Positions 55,501-64,000 of a stretch of 64,000 bases of DNA are shown here, in pieces. Source of the DNA: Thecamonas trahens ATCC 50062 (Eukaryota > Protista > Apusomonadida). Numbering within the stretch: the first letter of the stretch is position 1; every line of letters starts with the position of its first letter. The position numbers and the translations under genes are program-made. Location: the NCBI RefSeq assembly GCF_000142905.1, contig NW_013657663.1, forward strand, positions 1-64,000. Reading direction: 5' to 3'. Under the pieces are notes generated by a model. It was not told the DNA's origin and made no database searches. It saw only the letters and a list, made by a program, of their open reading frames with translations.

Positions 55501-58403
55501 ACGGCGCTGACTTTACCGTCACCGTCGCCTCCGATCCAGCTGTCGTCAAGCGCTGGCTCGACATGCCACCCGAGGGCCTCTCCACCTACAACCTTGACCA
55601 GCACAAGTTGTACTACTACTTTCAGAACTGGGAGGGCCTCGGCCCGCCGCCGTCCGCAACGCCAGACCTACTCTCCTTCCCGCTCCACTCGCTCGCCTCT
55701 TACTCGGAACGCTACGGCGGCTTTGGCGACGACGGCCTCGCTCTCTCGGTCGAGACCCGCGACGAGCCGGTTTCCTACGCCGAGGTCTCCGACGTTGTCG
55801 ACGTCTCCAACTCGGCCGATCTCGCTGTCGACCTGGCTTCGGAACTTGTCTCGGACCTCGGCACCCCGTCGCCGAGCCCAGGCCCGCGCCCCACCTCCGA
55901 CACTGCGTCGGGTGGGGGCGCAGGTGCCGGCAGTGGGAGTGAGCCGAGCGGCAGCGCGCCGCTCATCCACCTCACCACCTCGTGGGCGCCGGTCATCTCG
56001 TCGTCGCACGCCGTCTTTGACTCGCGGACCGCCTCCATCGAGGTCATCCTCTTTGGCCGCTCGCTCCTCTTTGTCTCGCGCCTCAAGTTCCGCGGCGACG
56101 ACTTTGACTACGAGCCAGTCTTTCTTACCGACACCGAGCTCCGGTTCCGGCTCCGCTGGCTTCCGGCCGTGTACGGAAAGGAGGAGACTGCCGCGACGTC
56201 GGACGGCAGTGGACTGTCGGCCAGCGAGTCAGGAGGAAGATCCGCCGAGGTGGCGGCGTCTATGGGAGACAAGGCCTCTACCCGTCCCGGCTCATCGTCG
56301 GAAGCCGCCGCCGCCGCCTCGCTCGAGGCCGCCGTCAAGCTCGGCTCGTACGAGTCGCTCACTCTGCGCGTCATCTCGCACTTTGGTGAATCGCGGGTCA
56401 AGCTCAACCTGGCCCAGCATGCCAAGTCGATGTCGCGCGTCGCGCGGGTTGCGCGCAAGTTCTGGGTCGAGGAGCAGCGCCGCGCCGCCCGCGCCTCCAA
56501 GCTCATGGCCGCGCTCCCGCCCGCCGCCCGCGCCTCGCTTCCGTCGCACTGGACCAACCCGGGCGCGGTCTTTGCCATCTCATGGCAGGGCCTCACCAAC
56601 GCGCTTGCCTCGGTAGCGTCGACCATCGAGCACACTGACCTCGTCGAGTCGCTCGCCTCGGCCTACCTCACCTCGTCAGCTTTCCAGGAGTACCTGGCCG
56701 AGTCGGGCGATGTGCAGCTTCAGTTCTCGCACTTTGCCGTCCGCTCCATCTCGTTCCCGGCGCCGCGGGTCGCCATGGACGCTCTGCACAACAAGGTCGG
56801 CGTGGCGCTGGCGGGTATTGCCATCGAGCTCGAGGCCGCCTTCTCGGTTGTCCGCCTCACACAGTTCCTCTCGTACACCAACGTCGGTGTCACCGTCTCG
56901 ATCTCGGACGTCGGCGGCAGTCTCGAGCTTAATGTTGTCGAGACCGCTGACGACGTTCTCTCGCGCGCCGCTGAGGCCGACGACGGCTCGGACGACGGAG
57001 AACTCCTCACCGAGGATCTGGTGGCTGTCATGGCGCCGCCGGCCTCGTTTGCGCTCCGCATTGGCAAGCTCGACGTCGACTTTGGCCTCGAGCTCACCGA
57101 CGACAAGGGCGAGGTCCTCGCTTCCAAGGACAACTGGGGCTTTTCCGGCTTTGTCCTCTCGCAGTTCTCCGGCTACATCAAGTCGTCCATCTCCAAGGCG
57201 CTCGACTCGGTCCCGATCGAGGCTGCGCTCATCTCCGAGCTCACCCGGGTCTTCCTCGAGGGCAAGCCTGGAACTCACATCCCGCTCGCCGGCTCGGCCT
57301 CGGTCCTCACTGCAGACTACTCGCTTGTTCGCGCACCGCCTCTCAAGCGCGAGGCTGCGTCGTCGATGCTCTGCACCGGCCATCGCGGCCTGGTGCGGAC
57401 GTACGGTCCCAACGTCCCACCCGAGCACTACGCGGACATCCCGCCGCCGCGGCCGATGGATGCCGCGCTCTCGATGTCGAATCTCCACGACGCGGTCGTC
57501 GCCCTCTCGCCGGCCATGGTCACCTCGGTTCTGCTCGCTGGCTGGCACGCCGGCTTTTTCGCGCTCGACGTCGCTGCCTCTGACCTGCCCGACTCGCTCG
57601 CCGACCCAGAGCTCTTTGCACACTACGCTTCCGACGCGCCGCCGGACACACCGTTCCACCTTGCAGTGGCAGTCACATCGCCGCCATCGGTCGTCTTTGA
57701 CAGTGACCATGGCATCTGCCTCTGTCTGCACGCCGACTTTACTCTTCTCTCCGGTGATGGCGACGGCACTGCACACGAGCCGGTCCACACCGAGCCGTTT
57801 GTGATCGATGTGAGCCTGGACCCGACTGCACTTGCGCTTGGTGATGACGGCCTCGCCGGCGCGAGCATCGAGATCCGGCCGTCGGACGGTGTCGCCGAGT
57901 TTGATGCCGGTCTCGGTCCGGTAGCGGCCGTCGTCCGCCAGTTCCGGACCGAAATCCATGACTTTCTCGTCCTTGCCTACTCCTCGCGGCTGCTGAGCCT
58001 TGTCGTCGATTGGCTCCGAGCCTCGCCGCTCCTTCTCCTCGATTCGGTCAAGCGAGTGGTGGCGCAGTCACAGGCCGAGGTTGCGCTCTTCCCCGACGCG
58101 CTTGTCATCTCGTTTGTGGTTCCCGAGTACGTCCTCGACGAGCGCGAGGTTGCCGCCGTCGTCGCCACCACCCGCGACCTCCTCGGCTGGGGCACTTCGT
58201 TCCCCCTCCTCAACGCCACCGCGTCACGCAAAGGCAACGACAGTGGAGACGATGCCGCGTCGCCATCACCGCCTCGCGACGATTTTGCCATGGATTCGTT
58301 CCTCAACCGATTCGGCGCCTGGCTCGAGCGCCACGTCCTCGTCCATCGGCACGGCGACGGCGGCGGTCTTCCTCAGGGCAGCCTCTCGCAGCCGGTGTCC
58401 TGA
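52595..58403 (+). CDS. Multidomain LRR - ARM - C2 - class 3 lipase - IPT-like - BPI/LBP (TULIP) protein (frameshifts at ~53815 and ~54405)
   Basis: LRRs ~52810-53440; ARM-like helices ~53560-53940; C2 LQVRVLEA...DVFLGSARLP...NWFQL; lipase SFMGT, IHAGF, GHSLGG, VTVGQP.VGD, VNHGD; BPI-like DYSLV.AP, ALS..MVTS.L.A...AG, PPSV.F. Confidence 0.75.
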
Positions 58404-58462
58404 CGTCGCTCGCACAGCAGTCTATTGAAGAAGACTTTATCATCGAGCCATGCTTGTCAGAC

Positions 58463-61400
58463 TCAGCCACTGGCACCGGCAGGTGCCTCGACCTCGCGGC
58501 CGCAGACCACGGCGTACTGCGAGGCCCACTTGCCGGCGGCGACCGAGGCCTCAAATGCGCGCCACTTGCCGGACGAGTCCGCGGCGAGGGCGAGCGGGTG
58601 GAGTGTGTGGATGGTGCGGAGAGTGGCGTTGATGAGGGCGGCAAAGGCGTCGACGTCCTTGGCGGCCTTGCTCCACGGGCGGTCCTTGAGGGTCTTGGTA
58701 AAGGCCTTGATGAGAGCATCGACCACTTCGAGGAGCGCTGCAGGGACGAGGCTGGCGAGCTCGGTGAGAATGGTGTGGCAGAGGATGGCGTTGTCGGTGA
58801 GCCGGTCGCCAAACCCGGCCATGAGCTTGGGCACCAGCTCGTGGACGTTGATCTTGTCGAGCGCGACGAGGACAAGAACGTGGAAGCACTCGAGCGCGGC
58901 CTTGCGGTTGAGCTCGGCGTCGTCGACCTTAACGGTCATGATGCCGAGCTTGAGCTCGCGGATAAGCTCCTTCTTGACCGGCAGCTCGTCGTAAAGCTGC
59001 GGGAGGAGGTCCGGGACGAGGTCGCAGACCAGCGCCGGGGCGCGGTTGATAAAGAACGTGAAGGTCTTGACCGCCAGCCGGCGGACTTCGACAGACGGGT
59101 CGGCGATGAGCGCAAAGAAGGTCGGGAGAAACGGCGCAAGCGCGGCGTCGGCGCCCGATGCTGCGAGCACCGACTTGAGGGCCGAGACCGCGCCGCCACG
59201 GACATGCGCCTGCTCCGAGGCGACAAGCTCGGCCAGCGCCGGCGCCATGTCGGCCATATTCGATGCAACCAGAAGGCCGAGGCACTCGGAGGCCACGTTA
59301 CGGGTTCCAACCTCGTCCGACGCCGCCGAGGCCACGAGAACTGGCCAGAGGCTTGTCTTGACACCAGCGAGCGCGTTGCTTGAAGGGATCTTAAGCGCCG
59401 TGTCGACAAACTCCTTAAAGGCGGTGAGGACAAGGAACTGGGTCTGTCCACTCGCGCCGTCCATGACCTCAAACATGCGCGGGAGATACGCGTCCGGCGC
59501 CGAGACTGCGAGCTTCCCGAGCGCGTACGCGCCAGCAGCCTTGATCCGCTCCGACTCGGCGTCAAAGACGCTCATGGCTGCGCGTGCGAGCTCATCCTTG
59601 GCCGAAGCGGTCGAGTGGCGGACGCCAATCTGGCCGAGGACGTAGAGCGCAAGGACACGCGAGGCCTCACTCCCATTCCCGTCACCAGCAACAGTAGCAA
59701 ACTGCGCGAGGTGACTCTCGATGGCGGCCGCAGCGTTGAGGACACCGGCGATGGCAGTCGCCAGCGAGGTGTATGCCTGCCGCGGGAGCGGCGAGTCACC
59801 GTCGGTCCCGCACGCGACAAGAGCATCGACAACAGCATCAACGCCTACTGCAGACTTGGCCACCGCCGCCTCTAGGAGCTGGACCAGGACCTGCAGCGAG
59901 GCACCCTGGACCACCGCGGTCGAGAGGAGCGCCATAACGGGCTGGGAGACAAGGCGATACAGCTGCGCCGCGACTTGCGCAGAAGCGCCGTCGACCAGAG
60001 CCACCAGCAGGTCGGCAGCAAGGGTGGCGAGGCCGAGATCGGCCTCGGAGACAAGCGCAGCGGCCTCGGTGCCGAGCGCGACGACCGTCGAGTCGTTAAA
60101 GGTCGCCGGCGCAAAGGCAACCATGGCCTTGGTGGTGGTGAGTGCAGCTGCCACGAGCGCACGGTCCGACTTGCGGAGGAAGCCGGTAAGCTCGTCTTGG
60201 AGGACCGAGGCCGCAGCGCTGACGTCAAAGACGCCGGCAGCCGCCGGGGCACTGAACACGGTGCCGAGAGCCGAGACGGCGGCGACGCGGACGTCAAGCA
60301 GCGCGTTCTGGACAGACGCCACAAAGAGCGGCAGCGCGTCGCCCACCCGCGAGCTGCCGAGCGTGTGCGCGGCGGCAGCGACGGTGGCGCCCAGCGCGGC
60401 AAGCCCGTGTGTCTTGACGTGACGGTCCGACTCGCCCTTGAGCGCTGCAATGGTGCCGTCGAGCACAGCCTCGAGGTTGTCGGCGGCCGGCGGGTCAGCG
60501 GCGAGGACTGCAACGAGCAGCTCGAGAACCTGCAGCCCACCCGAGATGATCTTGAAGTTCGAGTCGGAGAGGAGCGGGAGGATGGCGGCAATGAGATGGG
60601 CGCGGAACGGAACAAAGGCGGTTGGACCTGCGTTCGCGAGGAGCGAGCGGAGGACGGTGCAGACGTCGACCCGGAGCGCGTTGGCGTCGGCGTCGGCCTC
60701 ATTGAGGACCTTGACGAGGCGCGGGACAAAGAGCGGGAGCGTCGACTCGAGCTCGTTGGGCAGGACGGTGGCAAGCTGGAGAACCACCGCGACAGCGGCC
60801 TCGCGGGCGCGCGGCGACTTGGTCAGCTGCGGTGCGAGCGACTTGGCCACCGCCGGGAGCGCAGCGACAAGGAGACTGAGCGAGGCCGAGTCCGATGACG
60901 AAGCGCCGCGCTGCGAGACGTTGGCGGTCGTCTTGACAAGTGTGACAAAGGCGGCAAAGACATCGGCCTTGACTGCGTCCTGCCGTTCCTTGAACCGCTT
61001 GACAAGAACTGGACAGATGACCGAGTAAAAGTGCGGGAGCATCGAAGGCCGGGTCTCAACCATGGCGGCGAGGCACTTGGCCGACGCCTTGCGGACCTTC
61101 CACGAGATGTCCTCGTCGTCGGACATGTCATCGTCGTCGTACTCGTCGTACTCGTCATAGTCAGAGTCCTCGTCCGACGGATTCTCATCGTCGTCGTCAT
61201 CGTCCTGGTAGTTGGGGTCAAACGCGATGAACGCCACGCACGCCTCAATGATCGTGTCGAGGTGGATGGCGACGGCGGCCGGGCAGCGGCGGACCAGTGC
61301 AGTGTAGAGCCGGATGACCGCGTCAGTGACTTCGACGGCGAGCATGTCGTGGTCGCGACCAACCGGGTCGACGACAAGGCGCTTCGAGAGCTGGATGATG

Positions 61401-62146
61401 TCACCAAGTCGCTGGGCAACCCGCGGGCCGACAGTGTCAGTCACGGCCGCGAGACAGGCCACCAGCGTCTTCCGCTTGGTGCCCGAGGCGCCGTTGTCCG
61501 CGAGCGTGTCGACGAGGTAGTCGAAGAGGTGCGAGAAGAGGTCAGGCGAGAGCGAGGCAGTCAGATAGCCAATCGAGGTCACGGTATGCTTCCGCACCGT
61601 CTCCCGCGTCGCATCCGTGAGGCTCAGCAGGGCGTCGAGCAGAACTTTGTGGGCGTCGACGACGCGGGCGCAAAACTTGGCGAGGACGGCCGAGGTGACT
61701 TCCAGCGCACGGATGTTGACGTCCGAGTTGCTGGAGCGGAGGCCTTGGACCAGTGGGCCGATGGCCAGCTCACATACAAGCGTTGCATCCGGCGAGTCGA
61801 TAGCCAGCTCGGTGACAATGACCGAGAGGCCCATGGCCGAGACATCACGAAGCTCTTCCTTCTCCGAGAGCATGTTGGAGGTGAGGGCGGGAATGAGCGA
61901 TCGGACAGCATTGGTTCCATAGACCTTGACCAGAAGCGGGAAGACATCCACAGCAAGGGCGCGGACATCACGCGACGAGTCGCCGAGAAGACGGACAGTG
62001 CCATTGACGAGGTGACTGGCGTCGGAAGGCCTGCAGGGAAAGCCATCGCTTTCCAGCTCGCGCTTGAGGTCAGACACAGCCATGTACCGCAGGTCGTGGT
62101 CGTCGTTCTCCATACGGGTCACCATGTTGGACGAAAACGTGGACAT
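58463..62146 (-). CDS. CAND1: Cullin-associated NEDD8-dissociated protein 1 (HEAT repeats, TIP120 domain)
   Basis: DHDLRYMAVSDL, FDPNY(D)n..SDDEDISWKVRKASAKCL, RFKER...VKADVF, RNVASECLG, KKELIRELKLG....KVDD..LNRKAALEC. Confidence 0.93.
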   Translation of the reverse strand: MSTFSSNMVTRMENDDHDLRYMAVSDLKRELESDGFPCRPSDASHLVNGTVRLLGDSSRDVRALAVDVFPLLVKVYGTNAVRSLIPALTSNMLSEKEELRDVSAMGLSVIVTELAIDSPDATLVCELAIGPLVQGLRSSNSDVNIRALEVTSAVLAKFCARVVDAHKVLLDALLSLTDATRETVRKHTVTSIGYLTASLSPDLFSHLFDYLVDTLADNGASGTKRKTLVACLAAVTDTVGPRVAQRLGDIIQLSKRLVVDPVGRDHDMLAVEVTDAVIRLYTALVRRCPAAVAIHLDTIIEACVAFIAFDPNYQDDDDDDENPSDEDSDYDEYDEYDDDDMSDDEDISWKVRKASAKCLAAMVETRPSMLPHFYSVICPVLVKRFKERQDAVKADVFAAFVTLVKTTANVSQRGASSSDSASLSLLVAALPAVAKSLAPQLTKSPRAREAAVAVVLQLATVLPNELESTLPLFVPRLVKVLNEADADANALRVDVCTVLRSLLANAGPTAFVPFRAHLIAAILPLLSDSNFKIISGGLQVLELLVAVLAADPPAADNLEAVLDGTIAALKGESDRHVKTHGLAALGATVAAAAHTLGSSRVGDALPLFVASVQNALLDVRVAAVSALGTVFSAPAAAGVFDVSAAASVLQDELTGFLRKSDRALVAAALTTTKAMVAFAPATFNDSTVVALGTEAAALVSEADLGLATLAADLLVALVDGASAQVAAQLYRLVSQPVMALLSTAVVQGASLQVLVQLLEAAVAKSAVGVDAVVDALVACGTDGDSPLPRQAYTSLATAIAGVLNAAAAIESHLAQFATVAGDGNGSEASRVLALYVLGQIGVRHSTASAKDELARAAMSVFDAESERIKAAGAYALGKLAVSAPDAYLPRMFEVMDGASGQTQFLVLTAFKEFVDTALKIPSSNALAGVKTSLWPVLVASAASDEVGTRNVASECLGLLVASNMADMAPALAELVASEQAHVRGGAVSALKSVLAASGADAALAPFLPTFFALIADPSVEVRRLAVKTFTFFINRAPALVCDLVPDLLPQLYDELPVKKELIRELKLGIMTVKVDDAELNRKAALECFHVLVLVALDKINVHELVPKLMAGFGDRLTDNAILCHTILTELASLVPAALLEVVDALIKAFTKTLKDRPWSKAAKDVDAFAALINATLRTIHTLHPLALAADSSGKWRAFEASVAAGKWASQYAVVCGREVEAPAGASG

Positions 62147-62363
62147 GGTGGGCGAGGCGTTCCGCAGCGTAGAGACGTGTGGCAACGATACCCGTGGTTG
62201 GGCGACCTGTTGGCGAGGAGGGTGAAAGGAATAGTGGGTGAGGGGGATGGGGGGTGGGGGGTGGGGGGTGGGACAAAAATTGCTGGCGACAAAGACCGTG
62301 GCTGTGGCTTGGCCAAGGGAGAGGACATCAATAACTTTATGGACTTAGCTAGTGTGGTGCGAG

Positions 62364-64000
62364 CTACGACTCCGAGTCATTCCCCTCGTCGTCGTTCGAG
62401 GAAGCGCCTAGAGGCGCGTCAGTGCTGGCGTCGGCGGTGGCAGTGTCGTCGTCCGCGACGGCGGCGTCGAGATCGTCAAGCTCGGTGGCAGAGAGCGAGG
62501 CGGCAACGGCGCCAGAGTCGAGCGGCGAGCGCGGGACAAAGCGGGGACGTGAGGCATGCGGCGAGTGTTGACAACGACGTCGACCATGACTGGCTCAAAC
62601 ATGGCGATGCGCGAGACGCCGCCGTCGCGCCAGTGAAGCGTGAGCACCTTCTCGTCCTCGTCGTAGGTGGTGGCATCGGGGTGGATGGCGAGGTCAGCGA
62701 TGTAGACCCGGTCGTCGTGCGAGAGGCCCGGCGCGAGGAGGGTGAACGACGACGAGCCGACGCCTGAGACCAGCGTCCGCATGTTGCGGATGGGCTGGTT
62801 GGCGAGAAAGACGCAGAGGTACGAGAGGCCCGATGCTGTCGACGCCTGCTTGGCGTTGTACTTTTTCTCGTTGGCGTGGTCGGCGATGGCCGTCACGGCC
62901 TTGGCGTCGCGGGCGGGCGCGAGGCCCGGCTGGTTCTCGCCCAGAGCCGCCGCAAGCAGCCGGTGCACCACGCAGTCCGGGTACCGGCGGATGGGCGAGG
63001 TAAAGTGGGTGTAGTGATCAAAGGCGAGCGCGTAGTGACGGAACTCGTTCTCGTCGTGGTCGGCAGTGCAAAAGTACTGCGCCGACTGCATGGGCGAGGC
63101 GAGCAGGTCCATGACCACCGCGTACACGTCACGGTCGCGCTGGGTCGTCCCCTCGCCAATCCGCTGCAGCGAGGCATGGAGCGAGCCCGACGACGACGCG
63201 TCGATGGTGTAGCCGGCGGCCGCAAGCGTGTCGATGACCTCGGTCATCTTGCGCTCCTGCGGCGGCGGGTGCAGCCTGAGCAGCGCAGTCTCGGGAAAGG
63301 CGCTGTGGATGAACTTGGCGACCTCGCGGTTGGCAAGGAGCATAAACTCCTCGATGAGCTTGTTTGACTCCCGGATCTCGTAGATGTGCCATCCGATGGG
63401 CTCGGTCATGTCCTCGTTGAGCTTGAACGCCAGCTTCGGGTTGTGGAGCGAGAGCGCGCCCGAGGCAAACCGGCGGGCGCGGAGCTTCCGCGAGAGGTCG
63501 CGGAGGACGAGGACGTCGGCGGCGACGTCGGCGGCGGAGACACCGTTGAACAGCACCGGGCCGCCGTCCTCGGGCACAGGCAGCTCGTCGCCGTCGATCA
63601 GCATTTGTGCGTGCTCGTACGCCATCTGCGCGCACGACTTGATGACCGAGCGGCCGAACCAACGGTCGACAACCGCGCCGGTCTTGAGGTTCATCTTGAA
63701 AACCGCGGAAAAGGTGAGCCGCTCAACGCCCGGCTGCAGCGAGCACAGCTGCTCGCACAGCATCCGCGGGAGCATAGGAATGACCCGCGAGACGAGGTAG
63801 ACCGAGGTCGACCGCTCCGCAGCCTCGTCATCGAGCGGCGTGCCCTCGCGCACAAAGTACGTCACGTCCGCAATGTGCACACCGATCTCGACGTGCTCGT
63901 CGTCGATGACCTCAACCGAGAGCGCGTCGTCGAGATCGCGCGCAGTGAGCGGATCAATCGAGACCACCCGATGCCCGCGAAAGTCGCGTCGCTTCGCCAG
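62364..64000 (-). CDS. DIS3L2: DIS3-like exonuclease 2 (RNB domain); 5' end outside the window; probable frameshift at ~62546
   Basis: IDPLTARDLDDALS, IGVHIADV, STSVYLV..VIPMLP, SNKLIEEFMLLAN, HYAL...YTHFTSPIRRYPDCVVHRLL. Adding one C gives an acidic tail ending at 62364 (annotated frame ends at 62408). Confidence 0.9.

Noticed and set aside
2051-58403. TIR-NLR plus lipase-3 protein as a plant-like TNL-EDS1 signalling module
   Set aside because: The genes are ~47 kb apart with unrelated housekeeping genes between them, no EP domain is recognisable, and proximity in a eukaryote is not evidence of a pathway

Overview
GC-rich, gene-dense eukaryotic nuclear scaffold with four 100-N gaps and occasional single 5' spliceosomal introns. 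The gene content points to a flagellated unicellular protist; an apusomonad such as Thecamonas would fit, but the sequence alone cannot prove this. About 23 protein-coding genes are supported. Housekeeping genes: CCDC151/ODAD3-like, cyclin, NAA20, saccharopine dehydrogenase, OST3/6, SPT20, HVA22/REEP-like, Rab GDI, FAD oxidoreductase, ABCB8/10-like, SNRNP40-like, CAND1 and DIS3L2. Unusual genes: (1) a TIR / NB-ARC / APAF-1-helical / WD40 NLR-like receptor whose WD repeats are near-identical at the DNA level with hypervariable spots; (2) an apparently intracellular LRR-ARM-C2-lipase(class 3)-IPT-BPI/LBP fusion protein; (3) a protein with four copies of an unrecognised Cys/His zinc-binding repeat; (4) an intron-containing, prokaryote-type RlaP/YcgL nucleotidyltransferase; (5) a giant FG-GAP / beta-helix / Cys-rich / TRP-like membrane receptor; (6) a polyglycine plus triple-PH protein; (7) a plant-HPAT-like glycosyltransferase; (8) a two-domain dCMP deaminase. 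About eleven frameshifts interrupt otherwise intact genes. Nearly all are one base short in a homopolymer run and are most likely sequencing errors. All domain calls come from reading motifs by eye, not from database searches.
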